Assembly (NCBI GenBank): GCA_004431415.1 | Contig: QPMI01000628.1 | Location: 37,847-101,846, forward strand | DNA from: Cyanophora paradoxa CCMP329 | Lineage: Eukaryota; Plantae; Glaucophyta | Length of the DNA: 64,000 nt | Reading direction: 5' to 3' | Shown here: positions 47,236-58,319 of the stretch, in pieces | Layout: each line of letters opens with the position of its first letter | Numbering within the stretch: position 1 is the stretch's first letter | Program-made: the position numbers and the translations under genes | Notes under the pieces: model-generated | Databases searched by the model: none | The model's input: the letters and a program-made list of their open reading frames with translations, nothing else | What the model was told of the DNA's origin: nothing

Positions 47236-50200
47236 TTAATTAAAAGGAACAGAATTAATACCATCTGGTAAGATGTATCTCTTTGCATCAAAGCAGTTTA
47301 GGGCAACCCTTCTACTCACAGTGTCTATTATTGTGTGATCTGCCCTTCTTTTCTGCTTTGCAGTCACAGTCTTGCTGATACCTGCAAATAAACACTGTTT
47401 AAAATCATTAAATTGGAGTTCCTCAGTTGAAGTCCCAGAGAGCTTACTCCTCTCAATCTCAGCAGTTCTGAAACTGTAAACTTTAGCTCTCAGACCCACA
47501 TACTCCAATATAGCAGAGCCAGGCATCTCATTTTTGTATTTACCTGGGGTCATTCTGTTAGATCCCCTAGGTCCAATGCATAAGAGATATTCCCCAGGTC
47601 CTCTTGGAGGGTCTTAGATTCAATATATAGACAGAAGGAGTCAGTATCATGGAATAGTAACTTTGCTTTTGTCCATTGGGACCTTACAGTATCATAGAAG
47701 AACTTGTAGTTATGCAGTTTGGCTGCATCCAGAACATAAGCCCCAATAGCAACTGGCTTATCTAGCTTCACATGCTTTGTGTAAAACTCAAAGGCAACTG
47801 CTTTTTCGTTTATGGGACTTGTTGATTTCACCAATGGGGAGGCTGCATATTTCGTAAACAGTTTCTCACTGTTTGCAATCTTAACCACAGATCTACCTCT
47901 GCAAGATTCAATGCATTTCCCATAGATTGAGTTATTCATGAGTTTATAGAAATCAGCCTCGAATTTATTCACTGCTTTCCTTCTCATCTCAGTATTCAGC
48001 TCAATGTAGGGTTTCATTACAGGAGCCACAGTAAATGATAGGACCCTGTGAACCTTCTTTAGTTTCACCCCTTTGTCCAACAGATACTGTAGAAGAGGCT
48101 CAGAAATCACATAGTTGGTCACAGAACCAAAGGTTGCAGTTAGCTTAGGGGTCTTATCAAGCTCTTCTCCTGAGAGATCTAATAGGCTCTTTTGATATTG
48201 TGATAATTCTGCATATTCTACTATTTTCTTGTTAATAATTAGGGGGAAATCACTGTGGTCTAGATATAGCCTAATTGGGTAATCCAGATCAACTTCCAGG
48301 AAACTGGATCTGTTATCTTGTGGGTTGAATTCGGTCTCCCATCTAAAATCACCAACTGGGATTGGCTGACTCAAACAGTAGCCATACAAGTTGTTAGCAT
48401 CAAACAGCATTATATGGGAGTTCTCACCATCAGCCTCAGCATACCTACAAGGCATTGTTGCAAAGCCACCCCTGATTCCCCTCTCAACAAATTCGTATTG
48501 CTCTACATCACTTATAAGCTCTATTTTTGCCTTGGTGGTCCTAAGCATAGCATCCCAAGATAACCCAGGTGCAGATACATAATGAACTGGGTCCAATCCA
48601 TATACTGAGTGTGAAAGCCTTCTGAAAGCCTGGAATTTGCTCATTAACTCATCTACATCAGCAGCCCCAAAGTCCATAAAATTACTTGCATCAATGAACT
48701 TGTAAAGACCCCATTGCAATGAAAGGTATTGATCAAAGTTTTTCGAAAGGATTTCGATTCGCTTTTTATCACCCATGCCTGCTATTTTTCTGAAAATGAA
48801 TGTCCCACAGTCATCCATTTGGTCAACAACCACTGCTACTTTTGTTTGCTTTGAGATTCTCCTATGGAGATTGCAGTTTCTGCATGCAGGTGCAATGTAA
48901 TTACCTGTGTGGTGATCATGATCCCTGCATTTGAAGTTTTCCTTGGTGAACCTCTCACTGCAAAGGTAACAGTGTTTGGTAGCTCTGTAAATTGCTTTCT
49001 GCTCATCTGTGAGTTCATTCATGGGAATATTGGTAAACAGGAAGTCAATTAGCTCTCTTGCTTTGGATTCCAAGCATTCAAACAGACCTCCCATTGGATC
49101 CTGACCCTCAAATCGAAAATCTTGAACATCTTCCCCAGTGACTATTCTTATGTTGACTGCTGAGACTTCCCTCTTGGATTTCGATGCATCTATGGGGATG
49201 CTTCTATGTTCAATCTTGCAGTAAACCACAACAGGAAGCCAAACAGTTTTCCTTAGGTTTTTCAGTCCAAACTCTATGGTGGTCTCAGGTTTTGGTGTGA
49301 TTCCCTTTGAGAGTCTCCAATCAATGCATCTATTTGAATCCACATGAGCAGTTAGTTTAGCCTCAGACCTGAATCGAGATAAGCATGTATCACAGTAGTG
49401 TAACTTTTGATCCTTGGTTTTATCAAGGGCAACTCTGAGAAGTCTTGAAAGGGACATGATTGTAATATAGTGACCATTCCCTTCATCATCATGAATGAGC
49501 ATTAGATTAATCTTTTGCTTTCTACCTGGGTTACTGGATTGATGTAGGGGATATATAACATCTCGATCCATTCCAAATATGTTTATGCTGATGCCTGCAT
49601 TTTGAGATTCGAATTTATCAATTATTTCAGCATCACAGGCAACAGGGAATGGGATGTTATCGAAATTGAGTGCCAGAGGATTGTATGTAGTTGGTGAGTA
49701 TTTCCATTTGCGATATTGTGTAAGCTCACTTCTCTTGTGGGAATTCACATCTTTCCTATGGATCCATGCCAAAATGGCATTTTCGAAGCAAGAATCATCA
49801 ATATTTCGAATATTCACTGTGGCTCTCTTGGCTGCAATTGACTCAGGTGTTTTAACATAGCAACCACCGGTTGGGGCATAACTCATAATAGCAACTCTAA
49901 GCATTTCGATTCTCTCCAATCGATAGCTATCAACAACATTCATCTGTTCCTGACACATTTGGGCTGCTTTATTCAGCTCAGTTCGAATATTTCTCGATTT
50001 GGTTAATACAAAATAATCGCTGTAAATGTATTTCGATATCCAAACCTGCGGATTGCTGACTTTAACGAACTTGCAGATAAACGACAAGCGAACTTTGATT
50101 GCCCTGAATTGATCCAGACTATCTCTTAAACGTTTTGGTAGAGAGGTTGCAATTCTATCTAAATATTCAATCACATCTACCACAACTTCCCTTCTGGCTC

Positions 50201-50480
50201 TGTATGTGAGCCAGCGATATAATTCATTCATGGCTGTTCCATCTTCTGCCTCTGGTTCTATTTGCCTCAGGCGATCGAGTTCATCAAGAGTCTCAACTTT
50301 GTCATAGAGATTATTGGCTTTTCTGGTTAATTTTGCTAAAGTGGGTCTGCCCCTTGAAATAAATCCGATTTCCCGGTCATATTCAGCCTCTGTGATTTCA
50401 TGGGCTGCATACAGTGTTCCCAGTAATCCCATAAGTTCCCATTTCTTCTCTCTAATGAGTCTGTTGCTAATTCGGGGCAT
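47236..50480 (-). CDS. Protein-primed family B DNA polymerase with vOTU-like, C2H2 and endonuclease VII-like domains; one frameshift at ~47552
   Basis: Pol motifs FDANNLYG, KLMNNSIYGK, HDTDS; C-terminal GKYKNE..EYVGLRAKVYS in ORF 47236-47553; EndoVII CYLC..RDHDHHTGNY..ACRNCNL; NIRNIDDSCFENAIL...GHY. Confidence 0.93.
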
Positions 50481-50547
50481 AGTTCCTAACTTGTTCCTAC
50501 TAAAAGGGGAGGTTTTAAATGGGGAATTCTGAACACAAAATTTGATG

Positions 50548-50586
50548 AAAACTACTTAAAGAAATATCTTCTATATATATAAAAGG
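50548..50586 (+). promoter_or_regulatory. Conserved viral upstream motif, copy 1
   Basis: AAAACTACTTAAAGAAATATCTTCTATATATATAAAAGG directly before ATG 50590; 38/39 identical to 51871-51909. Confidence 0.7.
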
Positions 50587-50589
50587 ACA

Positions 50590-51404
50590 ATGGCAGAGAA
50601 GAAATCGTATTGCCTGGAAAAGCTCAAAGCGGCTTTAATGTTGCTTTGTGGATCTGATAACTTCAATGATTATGTTGCTCTTGGAAGTAACAGGAAACCG
50701 CTCCCTCTTTGGCAAAGCTTGCAAAATATGGATTAAGTGACTATGACCTGCCTCCAGAGTCTGAGCATTGCGCCTGTGATCATCCAATTAAAGAGCAATG
50801 CTATATTCTGCATGTTAATAAAAAGATTGTGGTCATTGTTGGGAATTGCTGCATTTTACGATTTATTCCGAAGGGTGCCAGAGGTCAAGATATATGTGAA
50901 AGATGTGGAGATCGGCATAAAAACCGAAAGGATAATTTCTGTAATAAGTGCAGAATCGCTTTAAAGCAAGAAGAACTGGAAAGAAAAAGAGAACTTGAAA
51001 AACAAGAGGAAGCTCGAAAGAGGCAGCTTGAATTAGAAGAAAGAGAGCGAAGAGAGAGAGAATTAGAACAAGAAAGAGCAAGGAATAAACATGCAGTTAA
51101 TCTTTTCCTGATTTGGTGCAACCAATTTATTCCGAAAATGGATAATCTTCGCAGAGATGATATAGAGAGGTTCAGAGAGGGCAGATCTGCATTGATTGAA
51201 ATGTATGCAGAACTCAGTACAACAAATACATTGGTTGCTGGGTTTCAGGTGCCTTATCTTAAAAAAGATATCGCAAAAGGATTAGATTGCAGATGGAATA
51301 AGGACAAGAAAACATGGGAGACCTTGGAAATCGAACCATTTGTAGCATTGCTAGGTAAGCATTTCAAACTTATGTATATTGAGCGATTTGGACAAAGAGG
51401 TTAG
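50590..51404 (+). CDS. Cys/His-rich (Zn-binding) + coiled coil + DUF5710-like protein; frameshift near 50710
   Basis: CACDHPIKEQC..VGNCC, CERC..H..FCNKC; C-terminal VPYLKKDIAKGLDCRWNKDKKTW resembles DUF5710. ATG 50590 follows the promoter motif but is out of frame with ORF 50709-51404. Confidence 0.6.
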
Positions 51405-51406
51405 AG

Positions 51407-51443
51407 AACAAAAAATGATTTAAAGAATTCTCTATATATATTA
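51407..51443 (+). promoter_or_regulatory. Conserved viral upstream motif, variant copy 2
   Basis: AACAAAAAATGATTTAAAGAATTCTCTATATATATTA before ATG 51461; AACAAAAAATGATT also occurs at 51849-51862. Confidence 0.6.
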
Positions 51444-51460
51444 AGAGAGACAGAGGAAAA

Positions 51461-51715
51461 ATGCCACTCAGTGAAGCCCAGAAGAGAGCTATGAAGAGAT
51501 ACCAGCAAACTGAAAAAGGTAAGGCTCAAATCAAAAAGTTTAACGAAAAAATAGCCACACAGCTTAGAGATCTATATCAAACCGATGATACCTATAGAGC
51601 AATGAAAATAGCAAGTTCATGTCAGCGAAAGTATGCAGCCAATGCAGTCTGCTTTGTCAAGTATTTGTATGATGTCCCTTACTCAAATAGAGGGAGAAAA
51701 TTGAAACATGTCTAA
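51461..51715 (+). CDS. Small basic viral protein, 84 aa
   Basis: ATG-initiated ORF after the shared upstream motif; MPLSEAQKRAMKRYQQTEKGK basic helix. Confidence 0.65.
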   Translation: MPLSEAQKRAMKRYQQTEKGKAQIKKFNEKIATQLRDLYQTDDTYRAMKIASSCQRKYAANAVCFVKYLYDVPYSNRGRKLKHV

Positions 51716-51870
51716 ATTATTTTTCCCAGCATATTACTAGGCTGGGGATATGCTGTTTATTCGCTGAAATACCCATTCATCCTTTTTGTATCTAAACCAC
51801 TCGATATATCATGTGGATAAATTTCGTAGGGATACTTTCTCGATTTCCAACAAAAAATGATTGGGGACCC

Positions 51871-51909
51871 AAAACTACTTAAAGAAAAATCTTCTATATA
51901 TATAAAAGG
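51871..51909 (+). promoter_or_regulatory. Conserved viral upstream motif, copy 3
   Basis: AAAACTACTTAAAGAAAAATCTTCTATATATATAAAAGG before ATG 51927. Confidence 0.7.
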
Positions 51910-51926
51910 GACCCCGATCGCTGAAA

Positions 51927-54253
51927 ATGAACGCCAAACAGACTAAATCGCTCAAATCGCTCGCTAACTGGCTCAGATCTGATGAGGAACTGTCCAAAAA
52001 CATGATTATCCCAGTGAAACCTGACAGCAAAGACCCTGTTTTCAAGCATAAGGGAGGTGCTTGGTCCTGGGAAAAGTATGAGGAAGCGCTGGCAACTAAT
52101 CAGTATGTATCTTGGGGCATTCTGCTCTCAGACAACATGATGGTTATTGACTTTGATGATGAGGAGGACTTTGACAAATTCCGGGATATGTTTCCTGATG
52201 ACTTTGATGCCAATCAGCCCATGGCAAAAACTAAAAAAGGCTATCATGTCTACTTTAAACGACCTGAGGAGTTCACTAAACTCAAAATCACCGATAAGGC
52301 TCCAGGCTTTAAAGGCTTTGAAAAGGTTGACCTGAAAACAATCACTGGAACTGGAACTTCTGGATTAATTAATGTTTGTCCCAGTGTCAACAAGGCTTGG
52401 GTGATCTCCCCATGGGATGATACCTGTGATTTCAATGAGCCTACTGATGACTTCAAAAAGTGGATTATAGATAACTACATCTATAAGAGTGAGTATACTG
52501 CTAATGCTACCTCATATGATGAACTTGAAAACAATATTATCAAAGAGCTGGTGGATATGGGATTTATGCATCCCAATATAATCTCTAAAACTGAACTTGG
52601 CTTTAACTTTGATGCTGCTAACAAGGGACTCAATTGCCCATGCTGCAATGGTTCACATGAATCGAATAACTGGTATGTTATGAAAGCTAAAGGAGATGAT
52701 AACAAATACATTGTGTCAAGCTACAGTGGAAATTGCAAAAAACGATTCATCTGCATTGGAATGCAATCTGATATCTTCAATCTTATAGATAAATCCGCTG
52801 GTTCTGGTGGCGCTCATTATGATGTGAGTTTAGTATGCAAAGAGGTTCTTAAACATACATGGAGATACTCCAAAAAGTCATGGTTCAAACTCAATACTGA
52901 TACTGGGATTTGGGAGCATGATGACACAAACCTAAAGATTTACCTAGATATAAGCCGTCTTGTTGTCCCCCAATACCTTGGAAGGGCTGTGCATTATAGT
53001 CAAAGAGCTTTAAAGGATGAGGAAAACAAAGCAGCTTTCGAAGAAAGATCCAAAACATTGATGACCATTGCCAAAAATCTTAAACAATCAGGATTTCGCA
53101 AATCCCTTCTGACTGATTTGGTCCCACTGCTGAATGATGATGAATTCTTTGAGAAGATTGACACTGTACCATATGTGATTGGATTCGAAAATGGTGTATT
53201 TGATCTGACCACTATGACTTTCAGAAAGGGGAAACTGGAAGATATGGTGAGCAAGACTGTGGGTTATGACTATACTGAAAATGTAGACCCCAAGAAAATA
53301 GAGCATCTCAATCAGATTTATAAAGAGATTGTGGATGATCCAGCAGAGCGAAAGTATCTTCTGGCATCCATTGCAATTGCTCTTAGTGGATCAACTAAAT
53401 CCCAGAAGTTCTATATGTGGACTGGTGCTGGTGCTAATGGTAAATCACTTGTTCAGGAATACTGCAAACAGATATCTGGTCGCTATTACAGCCCTCTCGA
53501 AATATCCTATTGGACTAAGCCTAAAAAGAACTCATCAGAGGCTACTCCTGAACTTGCCAAACTCCTTGGAAAGCGACTTGTATTCAGTAATGAGGCTGAA
53601 GATGGTGATAAACTGCAGATCTCCAAGATTAAGGAGGTCACAGGTGGAAATGAAATGACTGTGAGAGCCTTGTTCAAAGACCCAGTTATCCTTACCCCAA
53701 TGTTTCAGGTCTACATTACAACTAATGACAATTTGACTATAAATAAACCAGACTTTGCAATTCAAAGAAGACTTTCCTATCAGAGATTCAATAATATATT
53801 CAGAGAGAAGCCAGAAGCTGGTCAAAAGAAAGCTGACCCAACTCTGTTCACACTTCTACACAATGATGATGAGTATAAGATGGCTCACATGAAGATATTA
53901 CTGGATATGTGGAAGAACAAAGAGGTTGAAGAGATCTTAAGAAGTCCCCTCAATCGATTATTGAACAGGGAATTAACTTTATAGCTGAAAATGATAAGAT
54001 TGGTGAATGGCTTCGAGATAATTTCGAGGTTACACATAATGCTAACGACTTTGTTTCCAGTGATATCATTTACAAATCATACAAAAGTGTTGATGATAAA
54101 GTTGAATGTGTATCTGTTATGAAAAGAGTAAGGGAGATCTTCAATGTTAAATCAGAAAGAAAACGAGTTAATGGTATTCTTGCCAGAGGATATATTGGGA
54201 TTCGAAAGATAACAAGGGTTCAGGAAGACAATGAAGATGATGCCGAATATTAA
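51927..54253 (+). CDS. PrimPol (AEP) primase fused to D5-like SF3 helicase; frameshift at ~53946 separates the C-terminal, probably winged-helix, domain
   Basis: WGILL..VIDFD, KTKKGYHVYF, CPCC..H, IGFENGVFDL, Walker A GAGANGKS, Walker B VFSNE, ITTN. The alternative frame continues PQSIIEQGINFIAENDKIGEW...RGYIGIRK to TAA at 54251-54253. Confidence 0.92.
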
Positions 54254-54294
54254 AGAAAACGATTAATGATTGAGATTTACATATATTTTTATAG

Positions 54295-54405
54295 CCTTAC
54301 TGAAAATGGTTTGTGTGACAGGTGTGACAGGTCCATCCCAAGGAAAGCCCTGGTGAAAAGTTGATTTTCAAAATCGATGGGATAGACCTGTCACACCTGT
54401 CACAC
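54295..54405. repeat. Second copy of iteron hairpin cassette 1 (candidate replication origin)
   Basis: GTGTGACAG x2 - ATCCCAAGGAAAG..TTGATTTT.AAAATC..GGGATA - CTGTCACAC x2, homologous to 45249-45368. Confidence 0.9.
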
Positions 54406-54473
54406 CTATCGGAAAAGACCAAAATTTGACAAGAATACTTAAGGCTTACTTGATTGTGTATAGTGAAGACAAA

Positions 54474-54695
54474 ATGGCAAAGACTCTTGATGAGATGACC
54501 ATGACTGAGTTAGATAAATGCATTAAGCATGGAGATATTGGAGCATATATCGAAATGTCACAGAGATTGATAGGTTACAATATGTATGCAGCTAAACCAA
54601 AGAGAAATAGATCAGTAAACATTCACATTACTGTTTCAGTGTCTGAGAATGCAAACAAAAAACAACAAAAGCATATTTACAAAACTTATCTGTGA
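54474..54695 (+). CDS. Hypothetical viral protein, 73 aa
   Basis: ATG-initiated ORF preceded by AAAATTTGA..TACTTAAG. Confidence 0.45.
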   Translation: MAKTLDEMTMTELDKCIKHGDIGAYIEMSQRLIGYNMYAAKPKRNRSVNIHITVSVSENANKKQQKHIYKTYL

Positions 54696-54782
54696 CTTGA
54701 TTGCAAGTATAAAGCCAATTCCTTTGTATATATTTTTATAGCTGCCTCAGTGGCATACTGAGACCGCTTTTTCTCAATTATC

Positions 54783-55028
54783 TTATAGACCTGGGGGTCC
54801 ATTGCTACTTTCAGTTGGCAAATAATATTTAATTGGTCTACCTCTGGGTCTCTGCTCCTCTTTTTGGGCTTTTCTTCGATAATAGGATGCCAAGGCTTGC
54901 TGCTTTTTATACTCTCTATATTCTGGGTCCTCTCTATATCGTTTCTGCATTGCTAGAATGTGTCTAATAGCACCCTCAGTTAAAGGCTCATCACTGGTAA
55001 ACTCGATCAAACTAATTGTATCCTCCAT
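54783..55028 (-). CDS. Small basic protein with AT-hook-like RPRGRP
   Basis: MEDTISL...KRYREDPEYREYKKQQALASYYRRK..RPRGRPIKY. Confidence 0.6.
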   Translation of the reverse strand: MEDTISLIEFTSDEPLTEGAIRHILAMQKRYREDPEYREYKKQQALASYYRRKAQKEEQRPRGRPIKYYLPTESSNGPPGL

Positions 55029-55284
55029 TAATATTTGCTGAGAAAACGTTTTCTGCTGACAGAGAACTTCTCCTTGGATACTCCTGTTGCTCATATGTAT
55101 ACTCTGTGGGGTCTGCTGGCATTGACTCCACAGAAACTGTAGACCTCCTTCTCTCTCTTGCTTCTGAGGCATTATCCTCATTATCTGACATCTCAAACTC
55201 CACTGTTGTCTCACAACATCCACTGTGGCAATTGCTCACCACATGCAGACTGAACATCTCGAAGAACTTTCGTATTATGTCCAT
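55012..55284 (-). CDS. Hypothetical viral protein (SNCHSGCC motif)
   Basis: ATG-initiated ORF packed between neighbouring genes. Confidence 0.45.
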   Translation of the reverse strand: MDIIRKFFEMFSLHVVSNCHSGCCETTVEFEMSDNEDNASEARERRRSTVSVESMPADPTEYTYEQQEYPRRSSLSAENVFSANINGGYN

Positions 55285-55306
55285 ATCTCTAATAAAACAG
55301 AGAAAA

Positions 55307-56041
55307 TTAAAGCCAAACTCGTCTTTTATATACTGTTGGGGCAACTCCCTTTTCTACTTCAGCTTTGGTGGCACCAGGTTCAATGGTTCCCTTTTGGGTT
55401 TTTGTTTTCATTTCATCTACTGCCTGCTCATCGATTTGGTTCTCTTTCTTAGCAATAAACTGTTTATCTGGGACACCAGTGATTCCCATTTTATAAACTT
55501 CCTTTCGAAGCATCTCCTTTAGCTTGGCTCTCTCTTTCTTCTCAGTAACATACTGCTCCAAGGCACTTGATTTGGCTTCCAGATCTTTGAGTTTAGCAGT
55601 CATCTCATCCCATTGAGCCTTGGGAATTCGATGAATATTTTGAGTGGGAGCAGTCTTGTATGTGACTTCACCAGCCATAGACTGAATTACCTTGTCTGAT
55701 TCCTTACTAAGACCCTCACCTTTGCGAGCCAGTGAAAGATCTTGCAAGCCTAAACCTTTGTCATCAGCAGCACCAATAATTCGCCTGGCACCCTCAGCAA
55801 CAGACTTCATCTTTGCTGTCTCAGGGGAAATGTTCAGTTGGTCAGCAGTTGAACTTTGTGGGGCTTTGTCATCGACTGATTCCTCATAGGCAGCATTAAG
55901 GGGGTCTTCTTGGGGTTGTGAGGGTTTGATTTCGTTCATACCATTGAATTTCATTGGTTCAGTGTTAATAGATCCACTGTTTCCACCACCTGAATAGCCA
56001 ACAGCCCCAGCTGGGATCCCTATCTTTCGTTTGGGAGGCAT
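55307..56041 (-). CDS. Hypothetical charged viral protein, 244 aa (possible core protein)
   Basis: Intact ORF starting MPPKRK, next to the packaging ATPase. Confidence 0.6.
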   Translation of the reverse strand: MPPKRKIGIPAGAVGYSGGGNSGSINTEPMKFNGMNEIKPSQPQEDPLNAAYEESVDDKAPQSSTADQLNISPETAKMKSVAEGARRIIGAADDKGLGLQDLSLARKGEGLSKESDKVIQSMAGEVTYKTAPTQNIHRIPKAQWDEMTAKLKDLEAKSSALEQYVTEKKERAKLKEMLRKEVYKMGITGVPDKQFIAKKENQIDEQAVDEMKTKTQKGTIEPGATKAEVEKGVAPTVYKRRVWL

Positions 56042-56069
56042 TGTATCTTTATTAGAATGAGAGATAATT

Positions 56070-56853
56070 TTATAAACCGCGTTTATATCGCATCAATTTA
56101 TTGCTATGGACTTGGCTCTTCACTTCTTTGGGGGCTTCCTCTTTCTCTGGGGGTTTCAGCTCATCTTCTTTCTTTTTGGGCTTCCTGTGGAAGCGAGGGA
56201 ATGGGAAATCTTTCACAAGGTCCGCTTTATCAACAAAGTATTTAACTGAGTAGCCAGCAGAGGACCAAACGATATACTGATAGGAGTGAACATACTCTTC
56301 AAACATCTTGTAGAAATCCTCTTTATTTCGCATTATATTGTATTCTTCCTCTATGGCTTCAAGTTCTTTGCGATTAGCAGCACTTAGGAAAACAGCATAA
56401 TCAGAATTAACTCGAATAGTGGAAGAGACTTTTCTGAGTTTCTGTGTAATGCAGATAATGGATATTTTCGAATGGCGACCTCTGGAATACAAGGATCCGA
56501 TTATTTTATCCCTTGTGAGATCGACTATCTCATTATCAATTAAATCATCTAAAACAACACACATGTGGTTCACAGGTTCACCTTTTTCGATTTTCTCCTG
56601 CCTTTCATCCAAAAGCTTTGAAATGTAACCAGCATCCCATTTACCAAGTTCTACTGTTGCAACCTCTCTCCAGAAATGATTAAAGCTGGTCCCACTCACA
56701 ACTAGGACAACATCAATAACTTTGGCATCATGTAATTGCTTAAACCAATACTTTACACATTCGCTTTTTTCCCGTACAACTTTTGCCTATAAAAATGGCT
56801 CTGAAAACACCTTTTATCATTTCAGAAACATTAAACTCTTCTAAATCTTGCAT
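56070..56853 (-). CDS. A32/FtsK-like DNA packaging ATPase; frameshift in an A-run at ~56765
   Basis: AIFIGKSCTGK (Walker A, upstream frame), CVVLDDL (Walker B), SRGRHSKISIICITQ, IRVNSDY. Confidence 0.9.
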
Positions 56854-56912
56854 TGTTGTAGATCTTCCTAAATAAAGACAGATAAAAATAATGCAGGGAG
56901 ACTGAATATGGT

Positions 56913-58268
56913 CTATAAATTGATTCTACGAACACCTGAACCGTCTATAATGAGGAAACTATGCATTAAAGCGCGAACTTGAACATTGATTGTCTTATCT
57001 GTGGGCATGTAGAGTGTGAGGAATGAAGATGAGGAATTAGTCAGGTCTACAAATCCACTTTGAGCAATATTCGAATTGCCTTTTCTCCATCAAGGCAGAA
57101 TGGGAGTCCTGAAAGGACATATTTATCTGCAACCTTATCCATGTTAGAGCATTTGAAGGCATCAGCAATTAGCTCAGCTCCTTTGAGTAGAGAAATTGGC
57201 TCAGTGGCAAAAGTCGCTGTCCATTTATTTCAGTTGTGAATGTTATCTCTTTGGAGTTGGCATAGGTCTTAAGAACACTGTGGGAGCCATTGGATTTGTC
57301 AACAGTCTCATAATCACGAACTGAAACAAGCAGAGCATAGACAAGACCTGAGATTTGAGAGAGGTTAATTCGATTGGGCTGGGCATTGCCCTTGGCAGGG
57401 AAAGCAATGGCATCTACAAATCCAATATCAAGGAGGGAATAGCCATGCCAGTAGTCTTTACTTTTTCAATTACAGTAGCGAAAAGCTCATCAGAAACATT
57501 AATAGCATGCATGTAAAGGCGAGGAGAAGTAATTGAAATAGCAGGGGTTGTTGCACCAAGACTGAAAGTGGTGATGTTTTGACCAACATGGGCAAGTGTA
57601 GCATTAGCAGTATCACCAAGACCATCATCTTCTGTCTTATCAGCAGCTGTCCCACCAACAACAGGGAGAGAGCGACCACCATAGGAAGTTTCAACATAAC
57701 CCTTTCCAGCATCCTTAAACCAAACAGTAACAACATTTCACCAGATAAAGCACCAAGGGGAAGATAGTGATTTAGCCAAGGCACTGGGATTTCAACGAAA
57801 AATGAGCCACCAAGTCGGTGGTTCCATGAGCAGGGATTCCATGAACCATGCCCATTGAGCGTTCTTTTTAGCTAGTTGATCCTCCGAATAATAGACCAGG
57901 GGGAAATGAGCAAGGAAATCAGAAGGAATGTGGTAGGTGTAAGATCCATAGGTAATTTCAAGTCGCTGAACTAAAGCACCAACTGGGCGAGTGTATCCAT
58001 TGCGAACTAGATCTTCACCAGCAAAAGTGATTTCTGTAGGTCGAAAGCAAGTTCGAGTTTCCACAGAAATTGTAGCGAGGTAGCTTGAAGAAATGCGATT
58101 TCCAACATTATTCTCAAAAGTATTGCTGGATTCACAACAACTAGAACTGGCTTAGACTTGGATTCGAGTCCAAGCATAAGGGATTATCCAGGAAAAAGGC
58201 TTTCGCCTCCTCTGGGGTTGTTAGGGCTTCTTCAGCGAAAGTCTTTGAAGAGTGGAAGTGATATCCAT
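56913..58268 (-). pseudogene. Double jelly-roll major capsid protein, multiply frameshifted (~450 codons)
   Basis: Fragments FKLPR, GALVQRLEITYG, PWLNHYLPLGAL and C-terminal SGFVDLTNSSSSFLTLY..VQVRALMHSFLIIDG; size and position between ATPase and penton fit an MCP. Confidence 0.7.
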
Positions 58269-58319
58269 GATTATCTCTTTTATATACTGCAACATAAAAA
58301 ATCTACCAATGATCCTTAA

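Noticed and set aside
47540-47560. Programmed ribosomal frameshift in pPolB
   Set aside because: No clear slippery heptamer, and similar single indels occur throughout the element.
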